The position numbers were made by a program, and so were the translations under genes. A stretch of 64,000 bases of DNA, taken from the NCBI RefSeq assembly GCF_009914755.1, contig NC_060930.1; one strand, 5' to 3'. Below are positions 15,744-27,708 of the stretch, piece by piece (position 1 is the first letter of the stretch; each line of letters starts with the position of its first letter). The notes under the pieces are model-generated. The model worked only from the letters and a program-made list of their open reading frames with translations. It was not told the origin of the DNA and did no database searches. Source of the stretch: the human T2T-CHM13v2.0 reference genome, Homo sapiens.

Positions 15744-16964
15744 TTTAATGTACATTTTAAAATCAGCTTGACATGATCCATTAGGACCATGTTAACATTT
15801 TGTTAAAAATGTAGTGAATCTAGAGAGCAATTCAGGACCAAAAGTAATTTTAGAATTCCGAGACATCTTATCCATGAGCATTGTATATCTACAGTTATTT
15901 CAGGTTTTTTGAAGTTCTTTCACTGTATTTTTTCAACATAAAGGTCTTATATATTTTTGTTCAACTTATTTCTTCAGTTATTCTTTGTTATATTCAAACT
16001 GTATGTATGTCATTGTTATCTTGTAAACAACAAACATGCTTGTTACTGTAGGATAGAAATGCAACTGATAATTATGACTGATTTTATGTCTAGCAATTGT
16101 GCTAAATCTTCATATTAATTTTAATAATGTTTTGTCATTAATTACTTTTTTATTTTACTCTTTCTTTTTTAATTATTGTTTATTTTTCTTGATTGGATGC
16201 ATTGTTGAGTATTAATACAATTTTGAAAAAAGAAGTAATGGTAACATTTATTTTGCATTTCAATAAAAATACTTTTAGTATTTTACATTTGCTATGCAAA
16301 TAATAATAATGTTATTATTTTGTAGAGAGCTTTTATCATGTGAAGAAAGTTACCTTCAATTTCTGTATCAATCAGGGAAACCTAAGTATAAAACAAAACC
16401 ACGAATCTCAGAATCTTAACACAATACATTGCTTGCTCATTTCATAGTTTAAGCTGGTTGGAATAAATAACTCTTTACCGTGTATCCACTTATGTACATT
16501 CCCTAGGTCTTAGGAGTCTTTTCCTGGATTCTTTATATTTGGCTGACAGACAGCAAGCAAAGAAAGAGGGAAGGTAGGATATCACATAGGAGGTCCCGGG
16601 TCCAAGTCTAGAAATGTCATTTGTGGCTTTCATCAGTCAAGATACCACACAGCCATGTGACCTCTTTTGGATAAAATGGGTTTACTCTTTAAGAAACCAT
16701 TGTTCAGTGGGGTTTAGCATCTGCCTAAAACATAAATGCATAAAACTTTTTCAGAAATGTCATTATAAATAATTCTACAGAGGTGTGCATGTTCATTAGC
16801 ATACTGTCATTAAAGTGGTGGGATGCACTGGAAAGAACAGTAATTTTGGAATCCAGAAAGCTATGTTCTTATTCTATTTCTCAGGACTTCAGGAAATAAC
16901 AGTTTGGGATTAGAGAATCTTTAAGTAAATAATACTTAATTCCTTCAATCACTTGTTAAATAAG

Positions 16965-17460
16965 TGCAAAGCAGGTTCACTACACAGTGGTTACCACTTC
17001 AGCCCACTGCAACTCGGGCTGTAATTTCTATGATTTGTATGAGTATACTGGGATAGAATACTCCCACAAGTTGAGTAAAGCAACTTTATTACTTACAGAT
17101 AGGCAGAAAGGGACAGTAGAAGCCTGAGATTCATAGTGGGTCCATTTCCCAAGGCTCAGGAAAGCTGCCTAGGGCAAATGGACTCTCATCTACGGGTACC
17201 CCACCTCATATCATTGCTAAGTGACTACAAAAAACACCTGCCCTGGGTTTTATAACCCCAAGAAACACAAATCAATGGGTTAAAGTTTTGTAGAATATCT
17301 TGTCCCAGGAAGGACAAAGGCGGAGACTGGGCTATTCTAACCTGTTTCTCTGTATTTCAGGATGTTGCATTCCCAGAACATTCTACACTTATTCTTGAGA
17401 ACTGCAAGCGAGAAAGGGAGAACTGAGTTAGTCCAAGGCCACCATTTGAACTGTCCTGCA
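16965..17460 (-). mobile_element. LTR47-like solo ERV LTR
   Basis: Reverse complement begins TGCAGGACAGTTC..GGTGGCCTTGGAC..CAGTTCTCCC..GTTCTCAAGAATAA..GGGAATGCAACATCCTGA, matching my recollection of LTR47. Confidence 0.7.
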
Positions 17461-17969
17461 ATTAACATTTTTTTTTTCCACAATGATGAGTCCTCTATCA
17501 TATATTTTTATTAGGGTGTTGTATAATATGAAGTGAAGATAAGCTATCACTAAAATCAATTGCTGATAAAAATTTCTTTCACTCTTATTGGGCAAAAGTA
17601 TACACCTCTTTCATATGCCTCTCTGTTTTGACTTTAAAGCCTTCTAGACATAATACTTCATGAAATAATGCCACACTGATTAACCATTATTCTTTTGAAA
17701 AGTAGATCTCCCAGTATTCCTTTTGAAAGGTTTATCATTTTCATTTAATAACAAAATTATGATAAATTCTAAATACAATCATATGTTATTTCAGCATCTT
17801 AATTAATTTAAAAGCATCAAAATTTTACAGTAAATAAGCACTTAATTAATTAAGCAGTTCACATGTGCTCAGCACTAATGTGCTTGCTATATATTGAGCA
17901 AAAAAGCATAATCATATGACATCATGGCATAATGTTTTCAAAAATATAATTGAATGCTTTATTAGACAA

Positions 17970-18620
17970 TTATTCAGTCATGATTTTGGGTAGGAAATAA
18001 CTGGAACACACAAACAGGATAATTTGATAAGAACTAGAGACACTTTTTAAAAGTTATGTGCAGGGTTTAAATAATCCAAAAAGGGATAGTGCAGACCCCA
18101 TAGGGCTAGTAACACTGGGAGATTTTCCTACCTCTATACCTGAAGGGACAAAAGTTATTGGAATATGGAGGGTGTGATGATGTGCAGAGATCACCTAAAG
18201 GAACTCTGGTCTTTATATAGAGACACAGACAATTCTTAGTAATGTAACAGGGAGAGAAGCAGGGCAACCAATTTTGTCATTGATTTTTCAGAAAGTTGTA
18301 TCTTCTAAAACTCAACTATCTGCAGTGGAATGTTAAATAACTCAAAAATCTTCAAGATTAGGGAGGTCAATGTAAGTTTCAATATAATTATTCTGTTGAT
18401 GTTCACATTTAAAATAAAATTTCATGGCTTAATCAGAGTCCTGACCTCATTCTCTTCTCATTTTCTCTTCTGCTATTATGCCGTATAGACCAAACCCTAC
18501 CTGTGGCTGGAAGGCAAGTGAGCCCATTAATAGCAGCTTGGTCAGCCTCCAGGAAAGCAGGATTGAGAAGGAGGAAAAGTGTATCTGCAAAGAAGTCAAA
18601 CAGAAGATACCCATCCCAGA
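17970..18620 (-). mobile_element. Ancient ERVL-class LTR fragments (subfamily uncertain)
   Basis: GGGATAGTGCAG..CCCATAGGGCTAG..CCTGAAGGG and GGCAAG..AGCCCATT..GGTCAGCCTCC motifs, split by about 160 bp. Confidence 0.4.
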
Positions 18621-18639
18621 AAAGCTGCTCTGAATAATG

Positions 18640-18880
18640 CTTAACCACACAGCTCTTGAGTAGATGTCTGGGTATGAACTTTAGCTCTTCTACTAACTGG
18701 CTATATGACCTTAGGGAAAACATCTAACCTCCCTATGTCTCAGTTACTCTATTCATAAGAGCAGGTAATAGTGTTGGTTATTTTGTGAGCTTCAATAAGA
18801 AATAAATGCGGGAACATATATAAAATGCTTAGGACATGTCTATCACATGGTAGACGTTTAAGAAATGTTGGCTATTTTTT
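18640..18880 (+). mobile_element. MIR SINE
   Basis: Core GCTATATGACCTTAGGGAAA..TAACCTC..TCTCAGTT.CTC and 3' TAAAATGCTTAG..CACATGGTA. Confidence 0.7.
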
Positions 18881-19934
18881 TATAATACAGCATTACTAAT
18901 AAAGCTCTCTGGTTTTCTAATCTGTGAAAGAAGACAAGATCTGCTTCTGCCTACCAGAAGCAGATCTAACAAACTGATACAATTTTTCATTGTTTGCTCA
19001 TTACCTATTAGGCTCCCACTTCTAATATTACTAAATCTCCCATCTAGTTAATACTTTTATATATAAATTAAAACCTGTTCTAAGGAATGGCTCAGCAAGG
19101 CCCATTCATAACAGCTACTGAAAAAAAATTTCTTATGGCATTTGTTCAAACTATTCACTGGTTTAAACCAAGGGGCAGAAAATCTAATTGTTTAACTTTT
19201 TAAATTAATAAATCAGAAGTGGAGATTAATTGGGGGAGAAAGCTTTTGATAATGTATTAATTGTGCAGACCAACACATAAAGATAGTTCTATTTATGCCT
19301 GCCCCATGCATACACCAGTGCATCCATTTTTTAACTACATAAATGTATATTGAGTACCTACTATATGAGAGATATAAAACTCAGTGCTGATCATTAAAAG
19401 ATAAAGTGACAAAATTGGTCTACTATTAGCGAAAGTCATATTTACAGAGTAAGAATGTAAAGATGAAGGTAAAACCATCGTAAAGTGTCATGAAAGTCCG
19501 TTTGTGCAAATGACAAATATTTTTGCATAAGGTGAGAAATTCTTTAGAAAAGAAATAACATTAGAGCTGGATCTTAAAGGATGACATTTTTAATATTAAG
19601 TAATTCCTATGTTATGAATCAGCTAACCTGCCATGAAAAGGCCCTTCTTATTCATGTATTAGATTGAAGCATATTTAGTTGCCATTTTTGCAGATCAAAA
19701 TTATCGAATATTAGCAATATCATAAAGCTTCAAATCAATGCATAAGTAAAAGTGGTATTATCCCAAAACTTTTATTTCACATTTAGCTATATTTGTTCTC
19801 TAATCTAAGAGTCAAATATACATGCTATTGCAGAGATTTTCCTTTTTAAATTTAAGGGGCAAGAGGTACATTTGGAACCAAAGAATTCCAGAGACTAGGA
19901 AGTAAAGTGAATTATATACAGGTCTTACTATGTA

Positions 19935-20160
19935 ATAACAATATCTACCTCAGATTAACAGTATGTAAATCACTGGATACAAAATAATTTATTAAGCCTC
20001 ACCCTGATCTATGAGGTAGGTATTATTTATCCATATTTCAAGAATCAAGAATGATAAAGAGATATGTATCTTTCTCAGGTTTCCATTGAAAGGGGCAGAA
20101 CTGCATTTTGAACCCAAGCAGTCTGACTCCAGAAATTGTGCTCTTGACTGTTGTATACTT
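19935..20160 (-). mobile_element. MIR SINE
   Basis: CTATGAGGTAGGTATTATT..TTTGAACCCAAGCAGTCTGACTCCAGA. Confidence 0.7.
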
Positions 20161-20220
20161 TGGTTCTTCAAAAAGCAAAAATGCAAATGGAAGCAAAAGA
20201 AAAGCATATTATGACATATA

Positions 20221-21793
20221 CAGGTTGAATATCCTTTATCTGTAATGTTTGGGACCAGAAGTGTTTAGAATTTCAGTTTTTTTTCTGATTTTAGAATATT
20301 TGCATACACATAATGAGATATCTTGGAAATGGGAACAAGGTCTAAACCCAAAATTCATTTAAGTTTCACATAGCCTGAAGGTAATTTTATAAAAATTTTT
20401 TTAGTTATTTCGTGCATGAAATGAAGTTCATGTACATTAAACTATCAGAAAGTAAAGGTGTCACTGTCTCAGCCACCTATGTGGACAATCTCTGGTTGTT
20501 TGGCATTGTCATCATTCCTGACTCTGAATTTATATCCTAACAATAAGTAATCATTTTCTTACACTTATTCACACAAAAGTGCTTAAAAGTAAACAATATG
20601 GCATACCATTAATATAGTGAAAAACTAATGTGTTTAGGGTAACTAAGCAGCACAGTGGCATCACCAGAATACCTCTATCAGCTGTGAAAGAGCAGCAGCA
20701 AACAACTGCAAGCACGTAGTCCCCACCTGCAATGCTGTGTTTTGATTAAAATACACTGTATTTTATTTCCTTCGATGAGAAGAAACATCAGAAGCAGTCG
20801 GGGGACTAGGAAATGGGTTCTCTAGGGAGAAAGAAGCATTCTGCTGTTGGCTTTAAAATAATATTTCCTCGTTAATGCTGCCTCATTTATGTTTTTGTCT
20901 TCGAAGTTTCTCTTTGATTTTATAAACTGACATGAATTCTTGTTCTGTTATCACTGCCCACTGCTTTAGTTCTTCTGTAAGCCCATCACACATTTTTGCC
21001 ATGTTAGTCTACAGACACATTTCTCTGCACTGTTAATATCATCTTCATTGTTACTATTATCACAATCACCTTGATTCGGAACCATTTTGTCTCTTTCACA
21101 ATTGGGCAATGTATGCAGGGATTTTCTAGTTTTTAGTAACTTTTGCTTATCACTTTCAGCATAGAACTTCAACAGTTTTTCCTTCTGTTTCTTCAGGTGG
21201 TATACGGTCTTCATTCCAACACCATACTCTTCTGGAAGACATTTCACACTGAGACGCTGCTGTCCAGTTTCTCTTAACAGCTTGACTTTCTGTACTATAA
21301 ACAAAATGTTTCCTCATTTTCTCATCGCTGTTACCCATTGGGATATCTGCAGGCCTTTTTGACATTTTTAACAATATCTTTACATCAAAAAGCAGAGTAA
21401 GCAAAAAAAGTACAATGAGTAATGTCTGTTGGTCTTGACCCCTTTGTGGGCCATTGTAAGGAAATTGCCTTGGTGCATCCAGCCTACACGTGTGCCATTT
21501 TATTGCCTTTTGTGAGTGTGCTTGCATGAGGGAATCTGGGCATGTGCAGAAAAGATATATCATAGCTGATGGGTGTTAGGAGGGTCTTTTTTTCCCCTTA
21601 AGGCACTGAATAAGCTGTGTGTTGTGCACCTGCACTATCTAATCCTTCAATCATTCATTCTATTGACTGCAACCTGTCATATGAAGTCAGGTGTGGAATT
21701 TTCCAACTGTGGCTTCATGTCAATGTTCAAAAAGTTTCAGGTTTTTTTTACCATTTCGAGTTTCAGATTATTGGATAAGGGATGTTTAACCTG
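20221..21793 (-). mobile_element. Tigger4 (TcMar-Tigger) DNA transposon, internally deleted
   Basis: TIRs CAGGTTGAATATCCTTTATC / GATAAGGGATGTTTAACCTG with TA on the left. Minus-strand transposase remnant starts MSKRPADIPMGNSD at 21365 and includes QKVKLL..EEYGVG..LKKQKEKLLKFYAESD. Confidence 0.85.
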
Positions 21794-22149
21794 TTTATAT
21801 AAATGACAAATTTGAAACCTAGGTTAAAAAACTGTTAGGTGAAAGAAGGTCACTATAATGCTAAAGCTTCTATGAAGCTTAAAATGTAGATATTAAATTC
21901 AAATCTTAAAATATTCTAGAAGTAATTCCATCATGGAGGACTCATCCTAGAGATTTATTTGTGGACCTTCATAATTATGTTTATAGCATTACTGGTAATA
22001 GAAACAGATTGGAGCAACTCAAATGTCTTTCAGTGTGGTACTTAACTGAGTGCATTTTCTCTACCAATTTTATTTTTATTCTTGAATATCTTTGAGGCTG
22101 GGTTGACATTTCTTGCTGATATGTCCTATAACTTGAAAATATGTGTATA

Positions 22150-22521
22150 TGTATTAGTCAGTTCTCATGCTGCTAATAAAGACTTCCCCAAGACTGAGTA
22201 ATTTATAAAGGAAAGAGTTTTAATTAACTCACAGTTTACCATGGCTGGGGAGGCCTCAGGAAACTTACAAACATGGTGGAAGGGGTAGCAAACATGTCCT
22301 TCTTCACATGGTAGCAGCAAGAAGAACTGTCGAGCAGAAGGAGGAAGAGCCCCTTATAAAGCCATCAGATCTCATGAGAACTCACTATCATGAGAACAGC
22401 ATGAGGGTAACTGCCCCCATGATTAAATTACCTCCCACTGGGCCCCACCCATGACACGTGGAGATTATGAGAACTACAATTCAAGATGAGATTTGGGTGG
22501 GGACACAGCGAAACCATATGA
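22150..22521 (-). mobile_element. THE1C-type solo LTR
   Basis: TGTATTAGTC...AAACCATATGA ends, TSD GTATA/GTATG. Confidence 0.9.
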
Positions 22522-22849
22522 GTATGTTCCTAGTTTTATTTCTAACATTGAATGTTGCTGGGTAGAAGTCTAAGGCCAGGTTGGTTGTTCCCACTTTTAA
22601 GTGGAAGGGGCTCTTTTTTCTACCTACAAATAGGCAGAATTATTTTTTCTATCTTGATATTCATTAATTTAGCCAGAATATTTCTGAGTTCAGCTTTTTG
22701 AAACATTTATTTTTCTGAAGTGCTGTGTTATTTTTCTATCTGTAAATTAATGTCAATTTTTGTATTAGGAATTTTTTGACTAACAAAGTTCAATAATTCC
22801 AAAATGTTCTAAAATTCCCTGGATGATCCGATTGCTCACTGCTTACACT

Positions 22850-23290
22850 TTCAGTTACAATGACCTTCTCTCTCTTTTTCAAATAAGCATGGCCTTTGCA
22901 GTAAAGCTCACTTCTTGAGTCCTATCACCTGGCTATCTCCTTCACTCTCAGGCTAAGTAAAATTGTTTTAAAGTTAAGCAACTTTTCTTCAATTTCAGGA
23001 TGACATTTTACTGACCTCCAAAACCTCAGGATAGATTACATTTCACTATTAATTATTTTTAACAGCATCCTGTCTTTGGCATTTACAGCACATATTTCAA
23101 TTACAACTATTAAGTACATAAAATTATTTATTTAATTTATTGCTCTACAACTTGTAAGATTATTCCACTACAGATTGTAAGACAGGGAGCATATCTGCTT
23201 TATTCATATGGAATCTCTAGCATCTTACCATCTCACAAAGAGTTTTTGTTAAATGGACAAATGGATGCATCGATAGATGAATCCAATAAT
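22850..23290 (+). mobile_element. L2 3' fragment
   Basis: CAGATTGTAAG..AGGGAGCATATCTGCTTTATTCA..ATCTCTAGCA followed by a TGAA/TGGA-type tail. Confidence 0.55.
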
Positions 23291-24317
23291 TTGTTAAATA
23301 TATTCTTAAAAATCTGTCAAATTTTTAAAGTCTGAAATCCCATTTTGATAGTTTTATCACCTTTTTCACTTACTTTAATTTGGTTACTTAAAGGCCATTA
23401 ATATCTTCACACTTACCAGTATACCTCCTATACAACCTTTAAAAAATCAGAGAATCCTACCACTGCACCTATAGACCAAATACACTACAAACCTAGTCCT
23501 TCTATTCACTTTTGTCCAGCTCCTTACTCTGTGCCAGTTTCCAGCTCATGTGCATTCTGCTGGCCCATTCCACACTTGAGCACCTGAGGATCTGAACACT
23601 GACAGCGGCTTGCTTATTCATCTCTCTAACTAGGACTAAGCCTCTCAACCTCCACAATACAAGAAATAATTCAGACACTTGAAGGTAAAATCGTTATCTT
23701 CTTGTTCCAGGCTTCTCTCTCATTCAAACAGGTCTATGATCTCCATTTTTCTTTGACTTGGAATATAAATTACTTTCCCTTCCATTGTTACTGTCTTAAT
23801 GAAAAAGAAGGGCTGACTATAAAAGAAGAAAGCCTAACCCTTTAAATGCCTGGGTGATTTATATCCATACTTTTGGACTCATGTCTAACCTGTTTCTGTA
23901 TCTGAAATGAAGGTAAACTCACAGCTGGCACACCAAGAAAAATATCAAATTACTTATATCTCTTTCATATTAAAAAGCAGTTGTTTTTGAAAAGCTAGGA
24001 CAATTTTGGTGAAAATACAAGATTTGGGAATGGTTTTGATGACACTAATAAGATAAAAGATCATATTTTTAATATAAATTTAAATATGAGAAAATGCATG
24101 ATCTTTAGGTGAATGCTTGTTATGATACAGTTCTCTTCACCAGTTTCTTCCATCTACAAACCACAAGGATGCTGATTTAATAATAATTTTATTTGTATTG
24201 TATTGGATGTTACTCAAATCATATCTTATTATCTTTATGTTTATATTAAAACAACAAATAATCATGCCTCCCCCTAGTTATCTTTTAACTTGGTTCTGAT
24301 GCATGCACATATCAAGG

Positions 24318-24679
24318 TGATATGGTTTGGCTGTGTCCCCACCCAAAACTCATCTTGAATTGTAGCTCCCATAATTCCCACATGTTGTGGGAGGGACATG
24401 GTGGGAGATAAATGAACCATGGGAGCCGTTTCCCACATACTGTTCTGCTGGTAGTGAATAAGTCTCACAAGATCTGATGGTTTTATAAAGGGAAACCCCT
24501 TTCACTTGTTTCTCACTTTTCTCTTGTCTGCTGCCATGTAAGATGTGCCTTCTGCCTTTCACCATGATTGTGAGGCCTCCCAGCCATGTGGAATTGTGAG
24601 TCCATTAAACCCTTTTTTCTTTATAAATTACCCAGTCTCAGGTATGTCTTAATCAGCAGTGTGAAAACGGACTAATACA
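24318..24679 (+). mobile_element. THE1B solo LTR
   Basis: TGATATGGTTTGGCTGTGTCCCCACCCAAA...GGACTAATACA, TSD CAAGG/CATGG. Confidence 0.92.
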
Positions 24680-25814
24680 CATGGCTCTGTGACTTCTTTC
24701 TGATTATCATGTTGGCTTTTGTCTCAATGTCTTTAAAACTAAAAAACAGTCCTCATTATATGTATAAAATCATAATGTAGCCTTCAAAATGTCTTTTAGA
24801 ACCTGTCACAGCTATAATTATATAAACTATAACAATTATCATTACATATAATAATTATAGCATAATTGCCAGTGCAGACTCTAGTTCAAGATGACTGAGT
24901 CTATGTTAGGACTGAACCATTTATTACCTGTCTTCCATTAGGCAAGTAACTTCTATAGATTCCTAAAAAATGGTGATAGCAGTACTACTGAACTCACTGT
25001 TTTACTGTGAAGATTAATTGAGATTAAATGAGAGAGTTAGTCATAGAGGGTCCTCAATCAGAAATTCTCATTACTTCAATTGAATATTATGGTATACTTG
25101 AATTATCCCAATTTACCTCAGGAAAAAATTAAACATATACTCTTTATCAATTCCATCTCACTTCCTTTTTACTTATTCTTGGGACAACAGTGATTCTGCT
25201 GAAACAAAAAGGAAAAAAAGAAAAAATCCAACTTAATGGAAGCTTATTTTTAATATTAACCTTTCTTAAAAAATTGATAACAGAAGGGAAGATGTGGAAT
25301 TTTCATGGCACATCTTCAGAATCACGCTAGGTTTGCTTGATTTAACTTTCATTTTAGATTGCAGACTTGGCATTATTTCACAAGATTATATACTAGTGGA
25401 ACTTTATATGTAAATTTTCTCTACCAACTTTGTACACTACATATCCAGTTTTGCAGATCACTTAAAATGATCAAGACCCTGAATAAACCTCTTTGCATTC
25501 TGATGCTTTCTCTGTAATCCCAAAATATCTTCAATCACGTTGATGAAATACACTTTGAAGATCAATCTGAAGCCACAGATAGCAATCAAATTTTATTTTA
25601 AATGTAATCATTAACTTTTTAAAAAAAATTATGTCCATAGGTTTCTGGGGAACAAGTGGCATTTGGTTACATGAGTAAGTTATTTAGAGGTGATTTGTGA
25701 GATTTTGGTGCACTCATCACCCGCGCAGTATACACTGAACCCAATTTGTAGTCTTTTATCCCTACTCCCTCCCACCCTTACCCCCAAGTCCCCAAAGTTC
25801 ATATTATCATTCTT

Positions 25815-27708
25815 TTTTTTAAAAAAATACTTTAAGTTCTGGGATACATGTGCAGAACATGCAGATTTGTTACATAGGTATACATGTGCAAGGGTATTTC
25901 TCCTAATGTTACCCCTCCCCTTGCCTCTCACCCTCCAACAGGCCCTGGTTTTTAATGTTCCCCTCCCTGTCTGTATCCATGTGTTCTCATTGTTCAACTC
26001 CCAATTATGAGTGAGAACATGTGGTGTTTGGTTTTTCTGTTCTTGTGTTAAATTGCTGGGAATGATGGTTTCCAGCTTCATCCGTGTCCCTGCAAAGGAC
26101 ATGAACTCATTCTTTTTTATGGCTGCATAGTATTCCATGGTGTATATGTGTCACATTTTCTCTATTTAGTCTATCATTGGTGGGCATTTGGGTTGGTTCA
26201 AAGTCTTTGCTATTGTGAGTAGTGCTGCAATAAACATATATGTTTGTTATTACTTTCTAAAGCCTACTTCTGTCAATTCGTCAAACTCATTTTCTGTCCA
26301 GTTTTGTTCCCTTGCTGGCGAGGAGTTGTGATCCTTTGGAGGAGAAGAGGCATTCTGGGTTTTGGAATTTTCAGCATTTTTGCACTGTTTTTTCCTCGTC
26401 TTCATGGATTTATCTACCTTTGATCTTTGATGTTGGTGACCTTTGGATGGGGTTTTTGCACGGGCATCCTTTTTGTTGATGTTGATGTTATTGCTTTCTG
26501 TTAGTTAGTTTTCCTTCTAACAGTCAGGCCCCTCTTCTACAGGTCTGCTGGAGTTTGCTGGGGGTCCACTCCAGACCCTGTTTGCCTGTATATCACCAGC
26601 AGAGGCTGCAGAACAGCAGAGATTGCTGCCTGCTCCTTCCTCTGGAAGCTTCGTCCCAGAGGGGCACCCACCAGATGCCAGCTGAAGCCCTCCTATATAA
26701 GGTGTCTGTAGGCATGGGGGTCAGGGACCCACCTGAGGAGGCAGTCTGTCCCTTAGCAGAGCTCAAGCACTGTGCTGGGAGATCCACTGCTCTCTTCAGA
26801 GCTGGTAGGCTGGAAAGTTTAAGTCTGCTTAAGCTGTGCCCACAGCTGCCCCTTCCCCCAGGTGCTCTGTCCCAGGGAGATGGGAGTTTTATCTATAAGC
26901 CCCTGACCGGGGCTGCTGCCTTTCTTTCATAGATGCCCTGCCCAGAGAGGAGGAATCTAGAGAGGCAGTCTGGCTAGAGTGGCTTTGCTGTGCTGCAATG
27001 GGTTCCACCCAGTTTGAACTTCCCGGAGGCTTTGCATACACTGTGAGGGGAAAACCACCTATTCAAGCCTCAGTAATGGTGGACACCCCTCCCTCTACCA
27101 AGCTTGAGCCTCCCAAGTCAACTTCAGACTGCTGTGCTGGCAGCGAGAATTTCAAGCCAGTGGATCTTAGCTTGCTGGGCTCTGTGGGCATGGGATCCAC
27201 TGAGCAAGACCACTTGACTCCTTGGCTTCAACCCCCTTGCCAGGGGAGTGAATGGTTCTGTCTTGCTGGCATTCCAGGTGCCACTAGAGTACAAAAAAAA
27301 TCTCCTGCAGCTAGCTCGGTGTCTGCCTAAATGGCTGCCCAGTTTTGTGCTTGAAACCCGGGGCCCTAGTGATGTAGGCACTCAAGGGAATCTCCTGCTC
27401 TGCAGGTTGTGAAGACTGTGGGAAAAGCGTAGTATCTGGGCCAGGTAGCACCATCCCTCAGGGCACAGTCCCTCACAGCTTCTCTTGGCTACAGGAGGGT
27501 TACCTGACCCCTTGCACTACCCATGTGAGGTGACACCCCACCCTGCTTCTGCTCGCCTTCTATGGGCTGCACCCACTGTCTAACCAGTCCTAATGAGATG
27601 AACTGGGTAACTCAGTTGGAAATGGAGAAATCATCCACCTTCTGTGTTGGTCTCGCTGGGAGCTGAAGACCAGAGCTGTTCCTATTCAGCCATCTTGCCA
27701 GCCGTCTC
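25815..27708 (-). mobile_element. Internally deleted L1PA7/8-like element (3' end 25815-26243 joined to ORF1 start plus full 5' UTR 26244-27708)
   Basis: Poly(T) and L1PA 3' UTR, then an abrupt switch to early ORF1 and a 5' UTR ending in the YY1 box. TSD CATATTATCATTCTT (25800-25814) / CATTGTATTATTCTT (27709-27723), 12/15 match. Confidence 0.88.
27076..27330 (+). CDS. Putative L1 ORF0-like antisense ORF (84 aa) in the L1PA7 5' UTR
   Basis: GTAATGG context. MVDTPPSTKLEPPKSTSDCCAGSE resembles the ORF0 N-terminus (MAGAPPPASLPPCSLISDCCASN, from memory). Expression unknown. Confidence 0.4.
   Translation: MVDTPPSTKLEPPKSTSDCCAGSENFKPVDLSLLGSVGMGSTEQDHLTPWLQPPCQGSEWFCLAGIPGATRVQKKSPAASSVSA

Noticed and set aside
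24570-24590. PRDM9 hotspot motif in the THE1B LTR
   Set aside because: Reads CCTCCCAGCCAT, not the CCTCCCTNNCCAC hotspot variant.
26230-26260. Mini-L1 junction as a spliced-out intron
   Set aside because: The deleted segment would not begin with GT or end with AG on the L1 sense strand.
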